Origin: Orbicella franksi | Lineage: Eukaryota | Assembly: GCA_964199315.1 (NCBI GenBank) | Contig: OZ116699.1 | Coordinates: forward strand, 930,001-994,000 | Direction: 5' to 3' | Length of the DNA stretch: 64,000 nucleotides | In this document: in pieces, positions 50,901 through 61,500 of the stretch | Numbering within the stretch: the stretch's first letter is position 1 | Layout: each line of letters opens with the position of its first letter | The notes under the pieces: model-generated | Seen by the model: only the letters and a program-made list of their open reading frames with translations | Database searches by the model: none | What the model was told of the DNA's origin: nothing | Position numbers and translations under genes: made by a program

Positions 50901-53900
50901 AGTACAGCGAATTTGACCGGTTTCTAAGTAGCATCCAGGCTTCACTCGTTGTTGCTCAGAGCTGCAAAAGAAATCGACACCATTCTCCTTCCAGCGGTGA
51001 CCATCAGGCAGGGTTTTGTTCTTCCAAGTGCACGCTATGGAGGCAACAGCAAGAATATAGAAGTAATTCGATAACGGATCTGTGGATGACTTATTTCACA
51101 TTCCAATTTAATGACAGGCACCTTTTCTAAATGCCGTGGGGAATATAACAAGGCATCAATGACTGAAAGCTCTTGCTTGAATGTCTGCTAATTACCAGTG
51201 TTCCAGAGTGATACTGGCTGTTGCGGAAACCTGACAAATTTTGGAGCGCGGTGGGAGGGAGGGGGTATTCTGTTCCAGACTGCTATCCCATGTAAGAGTA
51301 GTACCAATTCTTCTAGTCATTTTACATTGACAGTTAAAAAATAAACGTGGCATACTTACCTTTACAAATCCCTTTGTTTGTCTTGAGAAAGGCCTCCACG
51401 TCACACCCTGTTTGATTGCAATGCTCGGTTTTAAACTCATCACTTGTTATGAACATTATCTCCCGTGAACAGGAAATAATTTCTTTATCGCATCTACAGT
51501 CGATGCAGTCGTCAACAGTCCATGTGGCTCCATCAAAATAAGCATTCCCTTCCTCGTCTTGGCACAGGGCTTCTAAACAACAAAGCAGCGCCTTGTTAAG
51601 GCTTGGTTTTCAGGTAAATGCCGCCGATAGCTTTGGCTGCACATTTTGTTCTTTCACTTAATGTACGTGTAAGACAGCTCTTACAAAATAATTTCTCAAG
51701 TTATCTTCTTCTCAAAATAGCGACTACAATGAAACGCCTAACAGTATCTCAATTTACAGTAGCATGGTTTAGTTTTCTCTGTTTTTCAGACTTACCCGGT
51801 TCACAATCGTTTTTCTGTAGACAGTTTGGACTGGGCGTGTCACACGCGTCATCGCCTGCTCTAAGCTGAAGCCCTTCAGAACACACAGTCATGTTCCATC
51901 GCATCTGGCTGGCAAGTTGAGGAAGTGCTATGAAAAGAAATTGAGTATATTCTCGCATGAGAATCATTCCTTAAAATGAAAAAAGGTTGTTAAGGTTCGT
52001 TTATATATATGGGTTATTGACCAGGTGTGAGGTTAAGATGGCTGGACAGTTGGCGGGTTCGTTTATATATTTGGGTTATTGACCAAACGTGATTTCAAGA
52101 TGGCTAGATATTGGCGAAGCCTACCAAACACAACCCTATGTGTTTATCGCATAAATTTGTTTTCCATTTTCCAAGAGATAGGTTGTACTAGTTTAGATTT
52201 CTCGTGTGATCTCCTTTACCTGCATAAACAATTAAGATATAAACTTATATTACCTGGACATTTCCTTGCACAGCAAACAGCACCATTATATAAATAACAC
52301 TGAAGCGTCTTCATTTGTGGACATCCTTGGGTTGCCTTCTCACCCGTAAACTGGAAGTTACATCCTTGGTACTCCCATGTGTCTCCTTCAAGCAGAATGC
52401 GACCGTCTTTGGTTGTTTCAATAGCTGTGGGAGAAAATATATATAAATTTTGCCATGCACGGGTAATTAAATGGCCACCCGTGAAATTATAAATTAACGC
52501 TGAATTTCGCGGCAAAGGTAAGGAATAATTTATCACCCATGATATCAGTAGGGTAATAATATGCGGCAAATTATTTGGATTGTGAAATAGTTGCTAATTG
52601 TGCTGCCACGAAAGTCTGAATACCTCTAATTACCTAACAGAAGTTTGTGCACAACTTACTGCACCTTGGTCGAGTGGTCCGACCCTGATCTCGACCACGA
52701 CTAAAACTGCCCCCCTAGTCATAATTGGCTATGTGGAATGAGCATCTTTTTGACAAGATTAAACGAGCTGCAAACCTCAATTTCTAACTGGCTAACTCGA
52801 AACGTATTGACACCTGGATTTCGGTCACCCAGAGTTTGATAAGCACTCTCTGTAAGATCCTCATAACCCTTTTGGGTCAGAAAACAGATTCCTGAAACTT
52901 TAATTTTCTTTTAAAAAATGAACTCAGTGTGGTTGGAATTGCAAGTGGTGTCCCGAGGCAGACCAAAATAGTGATTTTTACGTTTCAAAAGTTGCATTTT
53001 TGCGTAAGTTTATTATCATCTCACCTCTCTTAAAGTTGCATGCTAAACGTTATACTGCCATGTGGGGGTGAGTATATGTCTTGTTAGTACTAGGATGCTC
53101 TTAAACCTTCCATAGCATTACTGACAGCAGTTACATTTAATTTTTGTCACACTCACTTGTAGAGCCCATATAAAAAAAAACATATCCAGAATCCAAGCAT
53201 CAGATCACCGTGCTTGGGGTTTCCACTACATTTACTTGTATCTTAGGTTTATTATTCACAATAGACCATTTCTCGAGCCTGACCTTGGCAAGATTCTCTT
53301 CTCTCTTCGATGAACTCTCGCGTGTTGCAGGCGGGTTGTTCACAGGATTCATGAAATGGAACATATGCATTGTGTTGACCTGGGAAATTAACTTGTAGTT
53401 CTCTTTCACATTTCAATAATCCAGCATTACATCGGCAGGTGATGCAGTCAGTTACCTAAAAGTGGAAAATAAGTTAACGTGGTCTCAGCAATTTAAAGGC
53501 GTTACGTCATGGTTTGCGCATATCGGAAAGTTTTCGGCTAAATTTCTCAAATTCGTCGTTTGTAATCCGTGTTAATCTTCTCCATCCTTAACCATGTTTG
53601 TTCCTTTATGGTTTGTTATCTCTTTAGTTTTTTTCTATCTTAGTAAACTATTATTGTCAGGTTTCCCTCAATTTAATGGTAATTTTGTACCATTAAATTG
53701 AAAAAAAAAAATTATAATAAGCGCGTCTTCGCCATGGTTGACACCATCACTTAACTACATGTAATACACGCGTTTTAAAATGTGGCTCGATTTATAAGTT
53801 AAGATTACCTTCCAGATATCTTTGAGAACCAACACCTGTCCCTCTTCATCACGACAAAAAACTGGAAACACAAAATATATCAGAGATAGATTAGCGTCTT

Positions 53901-56900
53901 ATCAGTGCATTATTAGGCAGCCAAACAGCAGGCTGGAGCTTAACTGTGGTTTCAACTCATTGCGCAGAATGAGTACATACAATTGCACTAATTAAAAGCC
54001 GGTCGAGTAAATTACTAAAAAATGTCGCCTTGAACGAAAAAGGGAGGCCGATCTTAAACTGAGAGATTGAGAGTTACATGAGAAACGACAATAAGTTCTC
54101 ATCCCAGACTGAAACAAACGGAGGCGAAATCTCTTCGCCTCTCCCACTAGTACTCTCTGATTTCGTGTTCGTTATAGAATGTTTTGGCACGAAATTAACG
54201 CCTAGATGGACTGAAGAGGGATTGGTCAGAAATAGACAAGCTTTAAATTTAATCATATGGAATAGGTTTCGTTTCATTACTTTAAATTATAACTTACCAT
54301 CCAGACATTGCGCCTCATCTGAGCCATCAGAACACTCTGAGACGCCATTACACAAGTGACGTTTTCTTATAAAGTCACCGCTTGAACAACGAAATAACTC
54401 ATTTGACTTCTTCAACTGAAAAAAAACTAGATATGAAAAGTAGGTTAGTAAATATTTGGTTGAACAAGCTTTAAGAGGCTTCCTTCCATCAGAGAGTAGC
54501 AATGCTTACCGCGCACATGACATGACGGTGCAGCCTTCTTGATGAAACCATATTGAGTATGAAAGCACAGCCATAGATGAACTTGGTGTTTCGTTTTGTT
54601 GCAAATGATAAAGAAGACAGTGACCGCACATGTTAATGGAACAAATTACAAACCTTTTCTCAGCGTCAAGTATCATGGTGGTATTACGGGTACATGTGAA
54701 ATAATGATACGAAACTTGGCATTTATTGCAAACACGAACAAACCTTGACAGGCGCTAACAGTCCCACTTCCGGTTGGCATAATATCTTCACTTGGTCGAC
54801 GACATGGCATGCAATTCCCGACTGTCTCAACTCTAATTTTGCCGTATTGAATGGTCACGTGATACTTGATACAGCTGATCAAGCCATCTCCGCATGTGCA
54901 GTTAAAGCAGGCTCCAGAAAACCAGTTTTTCCCATGTTCCCTCACGATACCGTTTTCATCGGTGCAAGCCGGTCGAGAGAGCTTGGTGCAGGTTATTTTT
55001 CCTTCGAGGCAGCTGCACTTAGTTTTGCTGTTGCTAAGCCACTCCTGTCTGTCAGCAAAAGCGTTTCCATGGAAATCCCAACAGCCAGTTTGTGTTTTAG
55101 TGCATGAGACTTGAAAGTTCGGTGTACATTTGCAGGTGAAGAGTGGGTTGGGATTCAAAGTCTGCCCAACGTCATAAACGTTTCCGTCCTTGTCTTTACA
55201 GCCTAGATTAAATAAAAAGTGTCAAGCTGTCAACAGTGATTTCTTTACACAAAAACTGTTTTAAAGGAGTTAGTTCACGTGGTTCTTAGCTAGTGATTTA
55301 GTAACATGCAAACTGGTCTCGAAGAGACTAGGTCATGCCGTCCTTGATGATTCTGTTTGATCTTGGTTCATATCTTACGTGACTCGGAAACGACTTACAA
55401 CTTAAAAAAACTGTCAAAGTTAAGTCATTTCAGGAGAACCTACAAGCTTTCCTTTTCTCTAACTTACGTCCTCCATCGTCAGAAAGTCGTCAAACGTCTC
55501 TTTCAAAAGACTCGCTGAGTGCCTTGACGAGTTGGTAAACGGGCCGACAGTTACCACTTTCAACCTCTTGCCCCTTACTGGCTAAATATCGTACCTAATT
55601 CCTTGTTTATTTAAAATTTCTGACCTGCTCTTCCAGCCCCACAGTAGCGCAGACTGCAGAATTGTTGTGCTGTGGGGAAGTGTTCAAATCTATACACGAT
55701 AAAGTCACTGCAGTTCCTTACTAAGACCTGACTATACCAGAAGCAACACTCGTCGTCTTTAGTGAAACAAATCATACGTTCCACCACTCCCTCCCCCACA
55801 GTAGGATGCTTGCCATTTAACCATCCGGGAGACAGAGCACCACAATGCATTTTTGGCACGCATTTTGTTGGCATAACAGTCCCCGCGCGGCCAGTAAATC
55901 TGTACCAGACCTGGGGAAGACTGGCGTCACATTTCATTGTGTGGTAACTGAAGTAGTCTGCAGCTCTGTCGTTCTCGTTAAGTGTTTTGTAACTGAGGCA
56001 CTCATTATCATTTCCTGTAAATGATGATATAAAAAAAGCGCAAATATGTGGCTCTCGATGTAAACAGAGGCAACAAACACTCACGCGGTACTCATTTGTT
56101 GCGGTAAATGTGACAGAAAAAAAGTTTCACAACATTTGATCCTGCCCGCCTTATACAACAAGACCACTTTGCCAACTGAACTTGTTTTTATTACCTGAAA
56201 CATTTTTGCTTCCTGCCTGAAGAAGTGGAAGTGACCCTGCAATTAAAAAACGACTGAGTTAGTTGCTTTAGTCCTGTGCAGGTATTTTCACTAATATATC
56301 AAACACGAAAGACCATGTTTGACCACATTTCCAAACACCGAGAAGAATGTTGAAAAGACACGCAGCGGAGTCTTTCTGACGAACTTCGAAGTGTTTGAAA
56401 ATGTTTTTAAACACGTTCTCGAATGTTTATATCTCCTCAATCGAAACTAAAACTAAGGAGAAAACGGAGAAATAAAATCGTAAAAGTCTATGCTAATATT
56501 AAGATCGGATATTCAAACACCGTCGCGGTCATGATTTTCTTTTAACTTCATGAATTATTAATGAGTTCGAGAAGTCCACTGTGTTTTTTTTTACGATAAG
56601 ACAGAAGATTAAGGAGTTACGCAAAGTAAACTTGAGGAACAAACCATACTTTACCTTTAACACCATCTCCACAAAGACGAAAGTTGAAGTTAAAAGACGG
56701 CATGGTAACCAGCTTGTAAACATAGAAGCCACTGCAATTTCTTACACGCATGCTCACAGAGACCATGCAGCATAACTGTTTCATGGTAAAGCAAGCCGAC
56801 CGTTCTACGACTCCTTCCTCAACACCCGGATGTGTACCCGCCATCCATCCGGGAACTAACGTTCCACAGCGATTGGAGGGAACACAAGAGGTCGACATCT

Positions 56901-57669
56901 GTTTTCCTGCCGAGCCATTGAATGTGAACCAGCCTGTTAATAAGCTGTCACTAAGGTTTGTTGTGTAGTTCGAGGAAAACTTTGATCTGTTTATCTCATG
57001 CAGTATGGTGTAGTTTATGCATTCGTTGGCTATAGGAAGAAAAGCATGTTAATGCTTAGTAATGTAAGGTAACAGGTTAGATCAAGACGAAAAATACTAC
57101 ATTAATTAGAAGCTACGCATTCTTATATTATATAAACAAGCCGTCAATTTCTTTTATAATAAAGTTTACTTTAAACTAGGCCTCTCTGGGTTTGATTAAA
57201 ATTGGCTTACGCCCCATTCGTACGGCTCGCACCGTCTAAATTGTTGAGGTGCAAAATGTTATGTAGATTATCATCACTTCAAAACTTTCAACATTTCTGC
57301 TATCAATTGCAAAAACAAGACTCTCAAAACTTCCGCTTTCCTAGTTGTCTTGAAATTTAGCTACTCTATTTCATATTTCCATGTTATTAAAACGCAACAC
57401 AGTAGGCTGCATTTGATTTTAATTATCTTAACCGGACGTTTTTAAATTTCGAGAACTACAATTTTTAATTTAAGTTTCAATCTAAACCTCATGCATCACT
57501 GACATCTCGTCTACAGATCGATACCTAATATTCGATGTAACGAATCTATTCTAGACTTTCACTGTCCATCACAATTATATCAATTTAAATTACCAGGAAT
57601 AAAGCTGGCAGTCATCCGCGAAGACAGTGAGATGGCCACGGCCAACAGCGCAATCATTTGACATTGCAT
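40259..57669 (-). CDS. Adhesion/secretin-class GPCR, about 1456 aa, with D8C(x2)-VWC-like-LDLa-HRM ectodomain
   Basis: Exon chain 5'->3': 57594-57669 (signal peptide), 56655-57029 (D8C), 56195-56236, 55625-56014 (D8C), 54744-55202, 54510-54598 (non-AG acceptor), 54298-54415 (LDLa), 53809-53861, 53284-53455, 52254-52424, 51796-51927, 51360-51572, 50888-51034, 49584-49685 + 48895-49004 (HRM), 48479-48658, 47950-48030, 47458-47529, 47201-47310, 46511-46691, 46091-46153, 45262-45410 (TM1), 44669-44783 (IFVHKNLLLSL), 43968-44118 (FSWMLVEGIHLY), 43662-43788, 43118-43175, 42600-42688, 41891-42011 (LLPLLGVTWLLG), 41485-41526 (QGLLFCIFH), 40607-40712, 40259-40335 (YDTKL*). Total 4371 nt. The 7TM, D8C, VWC and LDLa calls are strong. 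The 46-48.7 kb exons, and the joining of everything into one transcript, are inferred from phase continuity. Confidence 0.8.
40340..40453. repeat. Perfect 57-bp tandem duplication next to the last splice acceptor of the GPCR
   Basis: 40340-40396 is identical to 40397-40453. Confidence 0.95.
44960..45190 (+). mobile_element. tRNA-derived SINE preceded by a (GTCA)n microsatellite
   Basis: gcagcatggccg head, ggtagtcccgagttcaa and cttgtaaata...gccagttgagattcttaac body; homologous to 38040-38215. Confidence 0.75.
45749..45830. mobile_element. Short MITE
   Basis: gtctccttcgcagcc ... ggctgcgaaggagac inverted ends. Confidence 0.7.
47639..47885 (+). mobile_element. tRNA-derived SINE with conserved central domain
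   Basis: ggcggagtggcctcatggttagtgcg A box, tttcgagccctgg B-box-like sequence, then gcctctctccaccc...aatgctggggg...gcgatg...catcccatccagg. Confidence 0.8.
48174..48338. other. Assembly gap (165 N) within the GAIN-position region of the GPCR
   Basis: N run flanked by (TGGA/TGAC)n simple repeats. Confidence 1.
49714..50145. mobile_element. TTAA-TSD, GG-terminal (Kolobok-like) MITE with an internal hairpin
   Basis: ttaaggtggcttaaaacaatttcca vs tggaaactgttttgagccaccttaa (23/25 including TTAA); internal palindrome at 49785-49850. Confidence 0.8.
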
Positions 57670-58059
57670 GTTATCCAAAAGGCATCACCGCCTACATAAA
57701 GGGAATGCAACAATCTAATCGTGATCAAGCTTGATATACTCCATACCATACTTGAATTGGTACTTACTCAGATTCGCTAAATTAAAATGGGAATACCGAT
57801 TAGGTATTACATGGCAAAAGTCGTTGGGGGGTCCCGATATTTTCATATTTAGCGGTTTTGTGAGGAGTGTCTGGCGGCCATGGATATTAGTGGGAGTGAG
57901 TAATGACGACGGCTAAGCCATGGACAACGCCTACTGAAATTGGCCCAGTAGTTTACCTTCGAAATTCACAATTAGCTAAACTTGTTTAGGAGGCCAATCG
58001 GTCTAAAACCGCTCAAACTAAATATTATTACTTCGTAACAATGGAATTCCAGTTGTTAC

Positions 58060-58565
58060 CAGAAGTTACAGAGCTTCACAGCAAGAATTCCCTTCTTCGC
58101 CTAAAGTCAAGCCACCCTGCCATCTCCAAACAAACATTGTCTATGGGATTCCCTGCAGTGACTGTATTTGGAGCTGATTCGAGAAACAAGCAGATGCCTT
58201 CAAACGCGGGAAAACAAAACATGTCAGAAATGTCAAGCATTGCAGCAAAGGCTCCAACTTTTCCCACCATGCATGGTTGAACGACCATCGACTGTGATAA
58301 CGCTAAAGTAATTGACAAAGGCGATATCGTGTGCGAAAAAACTCTCGGCTGGCAGGACTAATGAAGCAGACAGTAATTCTAAACCAATGCCAAGACAATA
58401 TGCTATTCTTTTAAATTAGTACCTCTTCAATATCCAAATTCCCTTTTGTTGTCATCATTTTAATTTTGCAATTTTTTTGTATTTTTTTCACACCTTTTGC
58501 TGTATATATTCATTCATTCCCGTCTTTTTGATCATTCGTCAAAGGCTGGGCTGAAAGCTTATTTT
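58060..58565 (+). mobile_element. Decayed Penelope-like element, GIY-YIG endonuclease 3' fragment
   Basis: QEFPSSPKVKPPCHLQTNIVYGIPCSDCIWS*...KHVRNVKHCSKGSNFSHHAWLNDHR...DNAKVIDKG, with stops and frameshifts, then a T-rich 3' tract. Confidence 0.75.
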
Positions 58566-61500
58566 AACGTACATTTTTCAGCCAGAGAACGTTTTAATTG
58601 TTTTAATATGTTTAACCCTAGTTGCTCGTCTATATTTAAATGAGTACTGCTGGGAATAAATTGCAAAAAAATATACGAATATATCAGTTGTTGCTTAACT
58701 GAGGACGTCACGAAGTGTACAAATATTTCTAACGCTTGGCCCATTGTCCTGCTCGTTCATTGACGCTTCTCAGTTTGGTGACGTTCTCGTTGCCGTTGCC
58801 GTCATGGTTTGCCTAAGCTCCCGGCTATAATTAATATGTCAACTTCAAAAGAAGTTTTTCTATGATGTTCCATGGCATTCCCAATGAACTGGAAACACAA
58901 GACTAAGCTTACCGTATCAAATTCTACGACAATGGAATAAATTCCATCTACGGAGTAACTGGAACGGAACTGCCTGCTTAGCTCAATGATATAACACCCA
59001 CACTCTGTGCAAAAAAAAATTTGTAAGTTAAATCCTGAAATGACATGTGAAGCAAGATAGTTTTCTGTACATTGACGTGCAGTGGTATTTTTTGATAAAA
59101 TAAACCTGTCGATCCAACAGGATTAATTGCACATCCAAACAGAATATGTTGCAAGTGCGTCAGATACCCTGTACAAGGTGCCAATATGGTTATAAACATA
59201 AACCTCAAGCTGGACCAAACTCACCGGAGTATTGGAAAAAAGCCTTCCTTCGGTCTTTGAGCTATCACCAAATGTTCTGTTGTTACCGACTTCCTGTGTT
59301 CAAATTTTAATGTATCTGAGGTGTTTTCCCTAAAGCATGTTTGCAAATATCATTTACATGACCAAGGAACCGACCATCGGCAAGCTCGTATTATGACTGA
59401 CAACCCAGGATGACTGGTAATTGATCCGACAGCCGGAGGACGAGTTCGTACAAACAAAAGCGCTTCAAACTTGCGCTTAAAACTTTGCGAGTTTTAAAAG
59501 ATATTGTATAGTACTATACTACATAATTTTCTTTCTGATAAAGGGACAATAGCCTAGTTAAACCTCTACACAAAATTCCCTTTCAAGGGCACAACAAGAA
59601 TATTGATTGAGACTACGCGACTATTGAGCCAGCTAGACAGCTGCCGGCAAACTTGGGAAATGACATTCGTTCGTTTATAATTTCTACCAATTTAATATTC
59701 ACGTAATAAAGAATTCAAACAGGTTGGCCACGATAAATAAAATAAATATAGATTACAACCATACATGTCTATGCCCTGCAGGCTAAACTGTATGTGTTGG
59801 TTTAATTACTATATTCGCGTATCCTTAAAATTCCCTCAGCTATGTGACAAAGCAAAGCCACATTTCAAGATGTGTGCTTACATTTCTTCGCTGTGTCCTG
59901 CTGAAATTTATTGTCTACTACCAATGGCCGCTAAAGCATTCTAACGTTTTAAGTTAAGAATGAAATCAGTTTTTTTTTGGTTTTGTTTTGTTTTTTCTTT
60001 CTTTTTTTTTTTTTTTTTTGTTTTTTTTTGTTTTGTTTTAAATGTTCTGGCGGTCTAATATCACCTCCAAGAATGACATTCGAAAGTAAGATTTCTTTAG
60101 TCACATATAAAATGACCATGGAGTGGCTGACTTCCTTTTCGGTAACGTTTCAAAGTAGTCCAAAGTGTAAGAAAAGGTGTTTTAAAAAAAAACCTGATTT
60201 GACAACGCAAAAAATACACTAAAACCTACCTTGCTGGGCTTTTAGATTTTTTGCGTCAAAATGAATTTTTTTGCCCAATTTTGATTCTTGCTGAAGTTGT
60301 TTTTAGTCGCGTGGAAACTTTTTGACACCTTCAATCAACTCGTTCTATTGATAAAATATTGGGCAGACAATGTAACCAACTTGAAGAACGCTATTTTCAC
60401 CAGAACTTCCTTTCACCTGATTCTTTAAAAGGTTTCAAAGCCTCGGATGTTTTCCTTTAAAATTTTTCATAGTCAGACCCCAAAGAAAGGGGTACAATTT
60501 AAAATTTCTCAACATATATGTTGGCCGACTTAGTCATCAAAATTGTTGTGACTGTATTCACGGACTTTCGACGTGATACGTCATTACAAAACAGCTGACA
60601 ACATGCTTCCAAAAAACCGTTATTACTACTAAAGATTACGCAGGAAAGAATCTAGAAGATTTTCCTCTTACAGTAAGCGACTTTTTCGTTTAAGCGTCAT
60701 CTAGCCTCGTAAAATATCGTCGAAATTTTAACAAAACTGGATTTGCGAAATATCGACAAACATTCGTCGAAAGTTCTCCTCAAGCTAAAGTTCGCAACTT
60801 TTTCGCCAAACGTTTGGCGAGTTCCGCCAAAACAACTTTTTCTCAGTGCTGTACCAATACATCGACAAGTTCGCAGTGCGACTGATAACTCAGTTTGTAA
60901 CGTGTAATCAATCAAACAGCATTTACGACGAACGAGCTCGCACAAAGGAAAACAGCCTTAAAACTTGCCCGTTTTACTTCGCTATTGCAGAGTTAAAATA
61001 TCGGCAGTGTTGTCTGTGTTAAGCCTAAGTAGTGTTTCCATGTGGCGCTGTTTATTATGTTCCACAAGATGTTTCTAATCTTGAAACCGGGGATGAAACC
61101 CTAGTGTGTGACCATTCTTTCATGTGGTGCTGCATATCCTGTACCAGGTGGTTGTAACTTTTCAGTCCGTGTATGACACGCTATTTTGCGCACCTTGCAA
61201 TGAAACCAATTAGGCAGCACTTTCATTTGTGTTTATGGTTATCTTTCCAAGTAAAATGTGTCAATCACTTTGGAATTTTATCATTCACGCAAGTTAACAC
61301 ATCGCTAATCAGTCTGGTTTCCACTTCTCGGTTTTCTATTGAATTTCTATCAAAGGTGCACTCCCGTCTGCCCACCATGCCGGCTATCAACCGATAGCGT
61401 AATTGTTAAAATAATCATCCGATTGGAGGCATGGCTTGTTGTCATCCTCAAAAAATTTCTCGCTTTTCATCAAAATAAATTTCCTTTTGAATCACGCTGA

